Below, one piece after another: positions 38,709 through 52,529 of a stretch of DNA of 64,000 bases. A program made the translations under genes and the position numbers. The stretch covers positions 1,426,001 to 1,490,000 of the forward strand of contig NC_086101.1 in the NCBI RefSeq assembly GCF_963921235.1, read 5' to 3'. Below the pieces are notes generated by a model, which saw nothing but the letters and a program-made list of their open reading frames with translations, did not search any database and was not told the DNA's origin. Source of the stretch: Mobula hypostoma. Taxonomy: Eukaryota. Within the stretch, counting starts at the first letter, position 1, and each line of letters begins with the position of its first letter.

Positions 38709-39497
38709 GTAGGTTTTTATTTTAATTTAATTATTTCACTTTTTATGAGTATTGCTGGCAAGGCCAGTATTTATCCCAGTATTTATTGCCCATGCAATAA
38801 TAGCTTCATGCCTTTGACCTTACTGCTTGTTTAACCCATTTTCGAGGGTTTTTACGTCATTTCTCATACACAAGGATTATTGGAGAATAAAATAATTATC
38901 ACTCTGGATCCAATTCGGCACAAAACAAAACCACATAAGGTAAAGAACACAATAATAATAAAGCAATAAATATAGGTGCATTATCACCAGTTTAATGGTA
39001 CTCTAACTTTTTAAATTATTAACTGCACTTAGATACTGTAACGACCTTTATGAGATTTAGAATCAAGTCCCAGTCTTATGCCTTGGCCCAGGACTGGCCT
39101 GTCAGCATTGGAGAGCAGATTGCCAGTAACATACTGTATGAGGCATTAGCTATTGAATGTAAGATCAGTCGAGTTCTGACTGCATAGCACATTGACCAGT
39201 GTCTGAATCATGAGAGTTGACCTCTGCTACACCCACCATTCTGAACTGCGACTATAAAACATAGGAGCAAAATTAGGCCATTTTGCCCATTGAGTCTGCT
39301 GCAGCATTTGATCATGGCTGATTATTATCACTCTCAACCCTAATCTCCTGCCTTCTCCCTGTAACCCTTTGATGCCTTTATTAATCAGCAACCTCCACAT
39401 AAAATATACTGAAAGAAGTCCTCTACAGCCATCTGCAGCATTCTTCATCTTCATCCTGAATGAGCTAGAACAGTTACAAACGGTGATTGCCCTTCAG

Positions 39498-39551
39498 ATA
39501 TGAATGTTTTGAAACATCCTGATAATTATGGCATTACTGTGAAGTTGAATG
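39498..39551 (+). CDS. Possible small cassette exon of the same gene
   Basis: ttgcccttcag acceptor, AATG|gtatgg donor, phase 1-1, open frame (D)MNVLKHPDNYGITVKLN. Could be a chance match. Confidence 0.2.
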
Positions 39552-39599
39552 GTATGGAGAAGCTGATTCTTAGAGCATTGTATACTCATACCATCGTGT

Positions 39600-41350
39600 G
39601 GATTTCATATGTGTATGGATTTCAGCAAGGCATTTGGGAAGGTTCCTCATGCGAGGCTCATTCAGAAAGTAAGGAGGATTGGGATCTAAGGGGACCTTGC
39701 TTTGTGGATCCAGAAATGGCTTGTCCACAAATGGCAAAAGGAGGTTGTAGATGGTTAGTATTCTGCTTGAAAGCCAAGGCACAAGGCTGGGACTTGATCC
39801 TAAATCTCATAAAGTTTGTTACAGTGATGTTCCGCAGGGATCCGTTTTGGGACCCATCCTCTTTGCGAGTTCTGTAAATGACCTGGATGAGGAAGTAGAA
39901 GGATGGGTTAGTACGTTTGCTGATGACACAAAAGTTGGGGGTGTTGTGGAGGGCTGTCAGACATTACAACGGGACATTGATAGGATGCAGAACTGGGCTG
40001 AGAAGTGGCAGATGTAGTTCAACCCAGATCAGTGTGAAGCAGTTCACCCTGGTAGGTCAGATTTGAAGACAGAACATAATATTAATGGTAAGACTCTTGG
40101 CAGTGCGGAGGATCAGGAAGATCTTGGGGTCCATGTCTATTGGACATTCAAAGCTACTGTGCAGGTCAACAGAGTTGTTAAGAAGGCCTGTGGTGTATTG
40201 GCCTTCATCAAACGTGGGATTGAGTTCAAGAGCCGTGAGGTAATGTTACAGCTGTATAAGCCCCTAGTTAGATCCCGCTTGGAGTACTGTGTTCGGTTCT
40301 GGTCACCTCACTACAGGAAGGATGTGGCTAATCTAGAGAGAGTGCAGAGGAGATTTACAATGATGTTGCCTGGATTGGGGAGCATGCCTTATGAGAATAG
40401 GTTGAGTGAACTTGACCCTTTCTCCTTGGAGTGACAGAGGATGAGAGGTGACCTGATAGAGGTGTATAAGATGATGAGAGGCATTGATTGTGTGAATAGC
40501 CAGAGGCTTTTTCCCAGGGATGAAATGGCTAATATGATGGGGCATAGTTTTAAGGTGTTGGAAGAAGGTACAGAGGTAAGTTCTTCACACAGAGAGTGGT
40601 GGGTGTGTGGAATGCACTGCCAATGATGGTGGTAGAGACAGATGCAATAGGGTCTTTTACAAGACTCTTGACACTCAAAGCTGTTGCGCAGGTTGACTCT
40701 GTGGTTAAGAAGGCATACAGTGCATTGGCTTTCATCAATCGTGGGATTGAGTTTAAGAGCCGAGAGGCAATGTTACAACTATATAGGACCTTGGTCAGAC
40801 CCCACTTGGAGTACTGTGCTCAGTTCTGGTCGCCTCACTACAGGAAAGATGTGGAAATCATAGAAAGGGTGCAGAGGAGATTTACAAGGATGTTGCCTGG
40901 ATTGGGGAGCATGCCTTGTGAGAATAGGTTGAGTGAACTCGGTCCTTTCTCCTTGGAGTGATGGAGGATGAGAATAGAGGTGTACAAGATGATGAGAGGC
41001 ATTGATTGTGTGGATAGTCAAAGGCTTTCTCGCAGGGCTGAAATGGCTAACATGAAGGGCATAGTTTTAAGGTGCTGGGGAGTAGGTACAGAGGAGATGT
41101 CAGGGGTAAGTTTTTTACACTGAGAGTGGTGAGTGCGTGGAATGGGCTGCCAGTAACGATGTTGGAGCCAGATACGATAGGGTCTTTTAAGAGACTCCTG
41201 GATAGATACATGGAGCTTAGAAAAATAGAGGGCTATGGTAATCCTTGGTAAATTTCTAAGATAAGGATACTTCGGCACAGCTTTTTGGGTCAAAGGGCCT
41301 GTATTGTGCTGTAGGTTTTCTATGTTTCTAGATAGGTACATGGAGCTTAG
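39600..41350 (+). mobile_element. Two tandem CR1 3' fragments
   Basis: RT C-terminal motifs repeated at 40063-40626 and 40670-41330. Confidence 0.8.
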
Positions 41351-41469
41351 TGAGATACTCTGCTCTGTCGGCTGCTTAAATCTAGGGAAGACAATCTCTG
41401 GCCCGCCAAATGTGTGAGATTGAGGTGCGAACCCACCGCAAAACCCTGTTTGGGTGGATGCTGCGTGAT

Positions 41470-41868
41470 TCATAGTCATAGTCATACTTTATTGATCCCG
41501 GGGGAAATTTGGTTTTGTTACAGTTGCACCATAAATAATTAAATAGTAATAAAACCTTAAATAATTAAATAGTTATACATAAATTATGCCAGGAAATAAG
41601 TCCAGGACCAGCCTATTGGCTCAGGGTGTCTGACCCTCCAAGGGAGGAGTTGTAAAGTTTGATGGCCACAGGCAGGAATGACTTCCTATGACGCTCTGTG
41701 TTGCATCTCGGTGGAATGAGTCTCTGGCTGAATGTACTCCTGTGCCCACCCAGTACATTATGTAGTGGATGGGAGACATTGTCCAAGATGGCATGCAACT
41801 TAGACAGCATCCTCTTTTCAGACATCACCGTGAGAGAGTCCAGTTCCATCCCCACAACATCACTGGCC
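41470..41868 (-). mobile_element. Rex1/Babar 3' fragment
   Basis: ILDNVSHPLH...RCNTERHRKSFLPVAIKLYN; (ACTATG)n tail. Confidence 0.75.
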
Positions 41869-43400
41869 TGTACGGATTCGTTACCCTGTTGTAAATAAAT
41901 ACCATGAGATAACGGGCAGTACACCTCACACAATTAAACAAGTTAGCTTTATAATTCTTAATTTGACAAAGGATTAGTAAAGAAAAAGCAAAAAAAAGAA
42001 AAGGGCCCATTTTAATGAAACAGTCTGATGGGCTCAATTTGGAGCTCACAGCTTCCCCTTCGTCAATCCTCATTTGATCTCCCTGGACTTCGTCAAATCA
42101 TGGCCCACTCCAGGTCGAATCCTACGACCTCCTCTCTGGTGTCTCCCGCCGAACAAAAGACCCAGCTCACCCCGGTGTCAGCACACAACACGAAATCGCA
42201 CTCCCTTCATTGGACAGCTCACATTCCAAAACACCCGTTATCTCGAACCATCACCCAAACACTGCTTCTACAGAAAAACCATTACATTAGCAGTGAAACC
42301 TTTCCAGGATGTTACAGTCTCCCCCCACCAAAGTTAGTCATGTCCCCATGACTTTCAGATAATTTGCCACCCCTTCATACAAAGTACAAAGTCCAAGACA
42401 GGTGTAAATGCCAGTGACATAGTTCACCAGGGCAATAGGTGCCACAGTCTGTTCCCGTGGTGCCACATAGGCCAGCCTATCTGGTGGTCTCCTGATTCTT
42501 TCAGACGTCCTTACCCCATCATCTAGTCCTTCAGGTTCAGACACTCCTTAGGATACTTCTGGTCGACATGGCGAGGCCACCCCCCCCATCTAAAACTCGT
42601 GCCCTTCTGCAACTCGGACTGATGAAGGTTAAGGGTGTTGGGAAAGTAAGAAATGATTCTCTGATTCTAGTAAATAGCGGGTTAAAATTAGGTGCCAGTT
42701 TATGTATGCTCTGTTCTGTGAAAAGTTGGAGAGACTGCCCTTGACTGAAAAAAAACTGCCTTCTGTGTTTTTGTTTTAACAACTCACAGCTGAGTGAACC
42801 CTTTGAGAATGATCTGTGGGCTGTATTCACACATGCTGCATACATCATGTCTTATGAGTTCACATATTGATCTAAGTTCCCACCTTTGTCTGTTCAAGTT
42901 TTACTGATAAGGCAAGAGTTTGTCTGTAATTAAAACCCGTAATTTAGTGTACTCTCTTATCTAATTAATTAAGTTTGCTCTAACTGACTTGGCGGAAATA
43001 TCATGGTAACGAAGTGTTCTTTGTCTGTTAGTCCTATAAATTGTAGCATTCCAGCTTGTTAAATCAGAAACTCGTTTCAGCCGCCAGAGAGATGGGTAGA
43101 AACTCTGTCTCTTTGATGTTTGGTTTCGAGTTTTCTCGCCGGCTGAGCTTGAACAATAAACTAGTGAAAAGGTTAAAGACTTGTGTGTGGTGTGATTATT
43201 TGGTCCGGCAAAACTTTAGTTTACAGGACCCCTCTGCCACTTGACTGAGCCCCTCTTCATCCCCTTCAAGGTCCCACTGAACCCCAGTCTGTCCATAGAT
43301 GGTCCCCCCAATTTTACCTGACTCAGCGTGACAAGGGTTGAGAGTCTCTTCCTCAGTCAGTGGGGAGTTAGCAAAAGGCAGCTCATACCACACCCCCAGG
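41869..43400 (-). mobile_element. Gypsy-like LTR retrotransposon 3' remnant (pol tail, PPT, 3' LTR at 41869-42316)
   Basis: RTSERIRRPPDRL resembles a Gypsy integrase tail; polypurine tract GGTGGGGGGAGAC directly precedes TGTAAC; LTR ends in CA at 41869. Confidence 0.7.
42620..43225 (+). mobile_element. Solo LTR (606 bp) nested in the Gypsy remnant
   Basis: TG...CA ends; 4-bp TSD GGAC (42616-42619, 43226-43229); TATAAA near 43035; AATAAA at 43155-43160. Confidence 0.75.
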
Positions 43401-46400
43401 TAGGGTTACCAGTGTTAATAGCAGAAAGAAGAAAGTATGTGTGTGAGGGCAGTTTTCTGTGCTCGGTGTCAGATGTGGGAGGTCCTGGAGTCTCCCAGCG
43501 TCCCGGACGGCCATATCTGCACCCGGTGTGTCGAGCTGCAGCTCCTAAGGAACCGCGTTACGGAACTGGAGATGCAGCTCGATGACCTTCGCCTGGTCAG
43601 GGAGAGCGAGGAGGTGATAGAAAGGAGTTATAGGCAGGTGGTCACACTGGGGCCATGGGAGACAGACAAGTGGATCACAGTCAGGAGGGAGAAGGGGAAG
43701 AGTCAGATACTAGAGAGTACCCCTGTGGCTGTACCCCTTGACAATAAGTACTCCTGTTTGAGTACTGTTGGGGGGGGGGAACAGCCTACCTGGGGGAAGC
43801 GACAGTGGCCGTGCCTCTGGGGCAGAGTCTGGCCCTGTGGCTCAGAAAGGTAGGGAGAGGAAGGAGGAGGCAGTAGTGATAGGGGACTGTATAGTTAGGG
43901 GGTCAGACAAGCGATTCTGTGGACGTAGGAAAGAAACTTGGATAGTAGTTTGCCTCCCTGGTGCCAGGATCTAGGGTGTTTCAGATCGCATCCAGGATAT
44001 CCTGCAGTGGGAGGGAGAACAGCCAGAGGTCGTGGTACATATTGGTACCAATGACATAGGTAGGAAAAGGGAAGAGGTCCTTTAAAAAAGAGTACAGGGA
44101 GTTACGAATTAAGTTCAGAAGCAGGACCCCAAAGGTAGTAATCTCGGGATTACTGCCTGTGCCACGCGTCAGTGAGAATAGGAATAGAATGAGGTGGGGG
44201 ATAAATGTGTGGCTGAGGGATTGGAGCAGGGGGCAGGGATTCAGATTTCTGGATCATTGGGACTTTTTTGGGGCAGGTATGACCTGTACAAAAAGGATGG
44301 GTTGCACTTGAATCCCAGAGGAGCCAATATCCTGGCGGGGAGGCTTGCTGAGGCTACTGGGGAGAGTTTAAACTAGAATTGTTGAACCAAACTGAAGAGA
44401 CTGGGGAAAAGGCGGTTGGCTCACAAAGAGAGAAAGTGTTTAGACAATGCGAGAGGGAGGATAGGCAGGTGATGGAGAAGGGACGCGCTCAGACCGGAAG
44501 TTTGAGATGCATCCATTTTAACGCAAGGAGTGTTGTGAACAAAGCGGATGAGCTTAGAGCGTGGATCAGTACTTGGAGATATGATGTGGTGACCATTACA
44601 AAGACTTGGATGGCTCAGGGACGGGAATGGTTACTTCAAGTGCCGGGTTTTAGACGCTTCAGAAAGGACAGGGGGGAGGCAAAAGAGGTGGGGGGTGTAG
44701 CACTGCTGATCAGAGATAGTGTCACGGCTGCAGAAAAGGTAGACGTCATGGAGGGATTGTCGACGGAGTCTCTGTGTGTCGAGGTTAGGAACAGGAAGGG
44801 GTCAGTAACTTTACTGGGTGTTTTTTATAGGCCACCAATAGTAACAGGGATATCGAGGAGCAGATAGAGAAACAGATCCTGGAAAGGTGTAATAATAACA
44901 GAGTTGTCGTGACAGGAGATTTTAATTTCCCAAATATCAACTGGCATCTCCCTAGAACAAGGGGTTTAGATGGGGCAGAGTTTGTTAGGTGTGTTCAGGA
45001 AGGTTTCTTGACACAATATGTAGATAAGCCTACAAGAGGAGAGGCTGTACTTGATTTAGTATCAGGAAATGAACCTGGTCAGGTGTCAGATCTCTCAGTG
45101 GGAGAGCATTTTGGAGATAGTGATCATAATTCTATCTCCTTTACAGTAGCATTGGAAAGAGAAAGGAACAGGCAAGTTAGAAAAGTGTTTAATTGGAGTA
45201 AGGGGAATTATGAGGCTATCAGGCAGGAAATTGGAAGCTTAAATTGGAAACAGATGTTCTCAAGGAAAAGTACGGAAAAAATGTGGCAAATGTTCAGGGG
45301 ATATTTGTGTGGAGTTCTGCATAGGTACGTTCCAATGAGACAGGGAAATTATGGTAGGGTACGGGAACTGTGGTGTATGAAAGTTGTAATAAATCTAGTC
45401 AAGAAGAAAAGAAAATCTTACAAAAGTTCAGAGAGCTAGGTAATGCTAGAGATCTAGAAGATTATAAGGCTAATAGGAACAAGCTTAAGAAGGAAATTAG
45501 GAGAGCCAGAAGGGGCCATGAGAAGGCCTTGGCAGGCAGGATTAAGGAAGACCCTAAGGCATTCTACGAGTATGTGAAGAGCAAGAGGATAAGACGTGAA
45601 AGAATAGGACCTATCAAGTGTGACAGTGGGAAAGTATGTATGGAACCGGAGGAAATAGCAGAGGTACTTAATGAATACTTCACTTCAGTATTCACTATGG
45701 AAAAGGATCTTGGCGATTGTAGTGATGACTTGCAGCAGACTGAAAAGCTTGAGCATGTAGATATTAAGAAAGAGGATGTGCTGGAGCTTTTGGAAAGCAT
45801 CAAGTTGGGTATGTTGTCAGGACCAGATGACATGTACCCCAAGCTACTGTGGGAGGCAAGGGAGGAGATTGCTGAGCCTCTGGCAATGATCTTTGCATCA
45901 TTAATGGACACAGGAGAGTTTCCGGAGAATTGTAGGGTTGCGGATGTTGTTCCTTTATTCAAGAATGGAAGTAGAGATAGCCCAGGAAATTATAGACCAG
46001 TGAGTCTTCCATCAGTGGTTGGTAAGTTGATGGCGAAGATTCTGAGAGGCAGGATTTTTGAACATTTGGAGAGGCATAACATGATTAGGAATAGTCAGCA
46101 TGGCTTTGTCAAAGGCAGGTCGTGCCTTACAAGCCAGATTGAATTTTTTGAGGATGTGACTAAACAGATTGATGAAGGAAGAGCAGTAGATGTAGTGTAT
46201 ATGGATTTCAGCAAGGCATTTGATAAGGTACCCCATGCGAGACTTATTGAGAAAGTAAAGAGAATCCAAGGGGACCTTGCTTTATGGATTCAGAATTGGC
46301 TTGCCCACAGAAGGCAAAGAGTGGTTTGAGATGGGTCATATTCTGCATGGAGGTTGGTGACCAGTGGTGTGCCTCTGGGATCTGTTCTGGGATCCTTACT

Positions 46401-47352
46401 CCTCGTGATTTTTATAAGTGACCTGGATGAGGAAGTGGAGGGATGTTTTAGTAAGTTTGCTGATGACACAAAGGTTGGGGGTGTTGTGGATAGTGTGAAG
46501 GGCTGTCAGAGGTTACAGCGGGACATTGATAGGATGCAAAGCTGTGCTGAGAAGTGGCAGATGGAGTTCAACCCAGATAAGTGTGAAGTGGTTCATTTTG
46601 GTAGGTCAAATATGATGGTAGAACATAGTATTAATGGTAAGACTCTTGGCAGTGTGGAGGATCAGAGGGATCTTGGGGTCCAAGTCCATAGGACACTCAA
46701 AGCAGCTGCGCAGGTTGACTCTGTGGTTAAGAAGGCATACGGTGTATTGGCCTTCATCAATCGTGGAATTGAATTTAGGAGCCAAGAGGTAATGTTTCAG
46801 CTATACCGGACCCTGGTCAGACCCCACTTGGAGCACTGTGCTCAGTTCTGGTCGCCTCACTACAGGAAGGATGTGGAAACCATAGAAAGGGTGCAGAGGA
46901 GATTTACAAGGATATTGCCTAAACTGGGGAGCATGCCTTATGAGAATAGATTGAGTGAACTCGGCCTTTTCTCTTTAGAGCGACGGAGGATGAGATAGAG
47001 GTGTATAAGATGATGAGAGGCATTGATCGTGTGGATAGTCAGAGGTTTTTTCCCAGGGCTGAAATGGTTGCCACAAGAGGACACAGGTTTAAGGTGCTGG
47101 GGAGTAGGTACAGAGGAAATGTCAGTGGTAAGTTTTTTTACTCAGAGAGTGGTGAGTGTGTGGAATGGACTGCTGGCAACGGTGGTGGGGTTGGATACGA
47201 TAGGGTCTTTTAAGAGACTTTTGGATAGGTACATGGAGCTTAGGAAAATAGAGGGCTATAAATAAGCCCAGTAATTTCTAAGGTAGGGACATGTTTGGCA
47301 CAACTTTGCGAGCCGAAGGGCCTGTATTCTGTTGTAGGTTTTCTATGTTTCT
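43400..47352 (+). mobile_element. Near full-length CR1: ORF1 (Cys motif, coiled coil, SGNH esterase) and ORF2 (APE and RT), decayed
   Basis: CARC...ICTRC, VVIGDCIVRG, HIGTND, DGLHLN; then FNARS, GDFNFP, SDH and FADDT; 3' tail. Confidence 0.9.
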
Positions 47353-48069
47353 AAATCAATGTATTGGCTACAGGAGATGGGATGTCAAAGTTGAAGTTGT
47401 ATATGGCATTGCTGAGACCTAATTCAGAGTATTGTATGCATTGTTAGTCATCTACCTGCAGGAAAGATATAAATCAGGTTGAAAGAGTGCAGAGAAAATT
47501 TACAAGGATGTTTCTGCGTCTGTCGGACCTGAGTTATAAGGAAAGATTCAATAAGTTAGGATTGTATTCTTTAGAACGAAGAAGATTGAGAGGAGCTTTG
47601 ATAGAGGTATACAAAATTATGAGGGGTTTCGATAGAGTAAATGCAAGCAGGCCTTTTCCACTGGGTCTACTACCAGAAATCATAGGTTAATGGTGAAAGG
47701 TGAAAAGTTTAAGAGGAACGTGAGGGGAAACCTCGTCACTCAGAGGGTCATGAGAGTGTGGAATCAGCTGCCAGCACATGTTGTGCTTGCAAGCTCGATT
47801 TCAATGTTTACGAAAGGTTTCGATCGGAACATGGAAGGTCGGGGTCTGGAGGGTTATGATCGCTGTGCAGGTCGTTGGGAGTCGGCAGTTTAAATCATTT
47901 CAGCATGGACTAGATAGTCCAAAAGGCCTATTTCTCTGACTCTATGACTCTAAGTAGGAGTAACATTGTGATCAAAATTGTACATAATCATATTGTGTAT
48001 AACTGCAACATCAGATCCCAATTCCTGTACTCAATTTTTTGATTCACTAGGTCAGCATACCAAATAGAG

Positions 48070-49110
48070 CGCATATAAAAAGTATTCACCCCGCCTTGAA
48101 AGTTTTCATGTTTTATTGTTTTACAACATTGAATCACAGTGGATTTAATTTGGCTTTTTTGACACTGATCAACAGAAAAAGATCCTTGTGTCAAAATGAA
48201 AATATATCTGTTCAAAGTGATTTAAAATATAAGGCACAAAATAATTGATTGCATAAGTATTCACCCCCCCCTTTAATATGACACCCCAAATCAGCAGTGG
48301 TGCAGCCAATTGGTTTTCAAAGTCACATAATTAGTTAAATGGAGATCACTAAGAAACCTATGATAACTCTGGAGGAGTTACAAGCTTCAGTGGCTGAGAT
48401 GGGAGAGACTGTGCGTACAACTGTTGCCCGGGTGCTTCATCAGTCGTAGCTTTATGGGAGAGTGACAAAGAGAAACGCCACTGTTGGAAAAAAAACCCGC
48501 ATGAAATCTCAGCTGGAGTTTGCCAGAGGGCATGTAGGAAACTCTGAAGTCAGATGGAAGCACGGTTTATGGTCCGATAAAACTAAAATTGAGCTTTTTG
48601 GCCATCAGACTAAACACTATTTGGTGTAAGCTAAACGTTGCATATCATCAAAAGCACACCATCCCACTGTGAAGCATGGTAGTGGCTACATCTTGCCTGT
48701 GGGGATGCTTCACTACAGCAGGCCCTGGAAGGCTTGTGAAGGTAAAGGGTAAAATGAACGCAGCACGATACAGGGAAATCCGAGAGGCACACCTGATGCA
48801 GTCTGCAAGAGAACTGTAACTTTGAAAAGATTTTTTTCCATCAAGACAATGACCTTGGAATTGACTTGATGGGGGTGAGTAATTATGCAATCAATTATTT
48901 TGTGTTTAATAATTATAATAAATTTTTGTAATAAATAATTGTAAAAAAATTAGATAAATTTGTAGATACTTGTTTTCACTTTTACACAAAAGAGTCTCTT
49001 CTGTTGATCAGTGTCAAAAAAGCCAAATTAAATCAACTGTGATTCATGTTGTAAGAGGAAAACAAAAATGAAGACTTCCAAGCGAGGGTGGGGAGGTGAA
49101 TACTTCCTAG
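48070..49110 (+). mobile_element. Internally deleted Tc1/mariner transposon with long TIRs
   Basis: Ends are inverted (aagtattcaccc...gacactgatcaacaga versus tctgttgatcagtgtc...ggtgaatactt); inner direct repeat near 48255; transposase remnants WSDKTKIELFG and PTVKHG. Confidence 0.85.
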
Positions 49111-49205
49111 TGTACCTTTGTCTTCGCTGGTACTTCATATGTAGTCCAAGACATCATCACTCATTTCTGGTATTTGTTTAGCATGCATCAGTTTCCCACA
49201 TCACC

Positions 49206-49293
49206 CATCTCCTGTGGCTCCATTACAGCGACAGCCTTGCTGATTTTCCCACATCTCCTGTGGCTCCGTTACAGCGACAGCCTTGCTGATTTT
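49206..49293. repeat. Two-copy tandem duplication, 46-bp period
   Basis: catctcctgtggctcc(a/g)ttacagcgacagccttgctgatttt at 49206 and 49252. Confidence 0.85.
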
Positions 49294-51460
49294 AACTGGA
49301 CCTATTCACCCCAACCATCTTTTACTCACAATATATCTACTGAATCTTGGGATTTTCCTTAAACCGATATGCCCTTTTTTTTAATTGTTTTTCTTCCTCA
49401 TTTTCCTTTTCTGTATTCCTCCACTTTTTTAATATATTGAGGGATTTGCTTGTCGTTGTTCGTGTGCATTGTATGATTGTCCTGTTTACCGACCAGAGCC
49501 TCAGTATCTCTTGGGGAGTCCTAAATCGCAACACTTGCCACTTACCTTAGCAGGCAAGTGCTGCCCCTGTACTCCTGCTATCAAAAGCCTCTAACTTACC
49601 AATTGTAATTTTATCATTAAATAACTTATCAATCTGTGCAAGATCCTGCCGAATGGCTCCAAAATTGGTTATGCCCCAGTTTAGGAGTTCAACCCGTGGA
49701 CTAGTTCTATCTTTCTCCAAAGTAAAGTATTTCAACCACACACACTTCAGTCACTTGACCTATCTCAAGAGTAGGTCCCGTGTTGGGCCCTTACTTTCTT
49801 GGACACATTGGATAAATTCCAACCTGCACCATAGGTGGTCAGGACAATATTTGGGAAGTTACTAGACTACTAGACAGGTATATGGAGGAATTTAAGGTGG
49901 GGGGTTATATGGGAGGCAGGGTTTGAGGGTCGGCACAACATTGTGGGCCAAAGGGCCTGTAATGTGCTGTAGTATTCTATGTTCTAAAGATCTCCACACA
50001 GCTACATCTGTAATTCCTGCTGATTGTTGGGGTCTTATCACAACAGTCCCAACAATTTGACCATCTCTTTCTTACTTCTGTGGTCACACTGGATGGTGCC
50101 CAGGAATTTCTTCTCAAAGTACAGTTGTTATATTCTCCCTCAGAGAAGGAGGCCCTACACCCTTACCTGTACCTCTGTCATGTACCTCTCGCATAAATAT
50201 CCTAGAACATTACTGCTGTTGACTTTGTACATTGAGTGATAATCTGATGTTGACTAGTCTACACTACAATCATGATTACAAAAAGCTTTTCTCAGATGAC
50301 ATTGTCACTGACAAGTTTTCATATCTTTCACACTTTTCACATTTTGTAATATTAACCCTGATCTCTAACATACTAATGATATGATTCCAAAGTTTTTCTA
50401 GAGTCTCCCAAAGGTTACAATCACTTTGGCAGATGGATTATAGTAAAGACTATTATATGATAATACACTTAAGTAGAAGGACTAGAGACATCAACTAATT
50501 TCTAAATGAGGAGTAAATTCAGACATTGAAGATGCAAATAGACTTGAGAGTTCCAGTGTCCAAAGGTTAACTTACAATTTGAGTTGGTTATAATGGAGGC
50601 ATATGCAATTTTAGCATCATTTTTAAGAAGGCTAGAATATACAATCAAGGATGTAATGCTGAGAATTTATAAAGCATTTGGAGTATTGTGAGAAATTTTG
50701 GGCCCCTTATCTAATTTGCTGGCATTGGAGAGGATAGAGAGGAGGTTCACAAGAAAGATTCCAGGAATGAAAGGGGAAATGGGTGGGCTTGAACTTGCCG
50801 GAGCTTTAGAAGAATGAGGGGGTGAGGGGGTGGGATATCAATGAAACCTATCGAATACTGAAAAGCCCAGACAGAGTGGATGTGGGGAAATCTAGGATCA
50901 GAGGGCAGAGTCTCAGAACAAAAGGACTTTCATTTAGAACAGAGATGAGAAGGAAGTTTTTTAGCCAGAGGGTGGTGAATCTGTGAAATTCATTGGCACA
51001 GGTGGCTGTGCAGGCCAGGGCAATAGGCATGTTTAGAGCAGAGGTTCATATATTCTTGATTAGTAAGGGCATCAAAGGTTACAAGGAGAATGCAGCTGGG
51101 ACAGAAAATAAGCCGGCCCAGATCAAATAGTAGAGCAGACTTAAAGGGCCAAATGACCTAATTATGCTCATGCATCTTTTGGGATTCCACCTGCAATCCT
51201 TCTAAACTGGCATCTTTGGACAGTGCACTTTCCGAGTAAACCTTAATCTCCTTTACTGCAGGGAAGAAAAACCCAGCCTATCCAGAATCTCCTCAAATGC
51301 TTTTTCCTGTGCAACATCCTGGTTAAACTCTTCTGGATTCTCACTAGTTCAATCAGGTTCTTGCTGTTGGGATGACCAGAAAAGATCACAGTACTCCTGC
51401 AACACACATCAAAGTTGCTGGTGTATGCAGCAGGCCAGGCAGCATCTCTAGGAAGAGGTA

Positions 51461-51498
51461 CAGTCGACGTTTCGGGCTGAGACCCTTCGTCAGGACTA
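51461..51498 (-). ncRNA. Minimal type I hammerhead ribozyme motif (PLE-associated)
   Basis: Reverse complement reads TAGTC-CTGACGA-AGGGTCTCAGCCC-GAAAC-GTC-GACTG. Confidence 0.7.
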
Positions 51499-52491
51499 AC
51501 TGAAGGAAGAGATAGTAAGAGATTAGAGAGGGGGAGGGGGAGATCCAAAATGATGGGAGAAGACAGGAGGGGGAGGGATGGAGCCAAGAGCTGGACATGT
51601 GATTGGCAAAGGGGACATGAGAGGATCATGGGACAGGAGGTCCAGGGAGAAGGAAAAGGAGGAGGGGGGAGAAAAAACCCAGAGGATGGGCAAGGGGTAT
51701 AGTCAGAGGGACAGAGGGAGAAAAAGGAGAGAGAGAAAAAGAATGTGTGTATATAAATAAATAACGGATGGGGTACGAGAGGGAGGTGGGGCATTAGCAG
51801 AAGTTAGAGAAGTCAATGTTCATGCCATCAGGTTGGAGGCTACCCAGACGGAATATAAGGTGTTGTTCCTCCAACCTGAGTGTGGCTTCATCTTTACAGT
51901 AGAGGAGGCCGTGGATAGACATATCAGAATGGGAATAGGATGTGGAATTAAAATGTGTGGTCACTGGGAGATCCTGCTTTCTCTGGTGGACAGGGCATAA
52001 GTGTTCAACAAAACGGTCTCCCAGTCTGCATCGGGTCTCACGAATGGGATGTGGAATTAAAATGTGTGGCCACAGGGAGATCCTGCTTTCTCTGGCAGAC
52101 AGCGTAGGTGTTCAGCAAAATGATCTCCCAGTCCTTGTATTCCGTCTGGGTAGCCTCCAACCTGATGGCATGAACATTGACTTCTCAAACTTCTGCTAAT
52201 GCCCCACCTCCCCCTCGTACCCCATCTGTTATTTATTTATATACACACATTCTTTCTCTCTCTCCTTTTTCTCCCTCTGACTATACCCCTTGCCCATCCT
52301 CTGGGTTTTTTTTTATCCCCTCCCCCTTTTCCATCTCCCTGGGCCTCCTGGCCCATGATCCTCTCATATCCCTTTTGCCTATCACCTGTCCAGCTCTTGG
52401 CTCCATCCCTCCCCCTCCTGTCTTCTCCTATCATTTTAGATCTCCCCCTCCCCCTCCCACTTTCAAATCCCTTACTAGCTCTTCCTTCAGT

Positions 52492-52529
52492 TAGTCCTGA
52501 CGAAGGGTCTCGGCCCGAAACGTCGACTG
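52492..52529 (+). ncRNA. Minimal type I hammerhead ribozyme motif (PLE-associated)
   Basis: TAGTC-CTGACGA-AGGGTCTCGGCCC-GAAAC-GTC-GACTG: intact CUGANGA/GAAA core, helix I AGTC/GACT, helix II GGG/CCC, palindromic ACGT helix III, GUC triplet. Confidence 0.75.
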
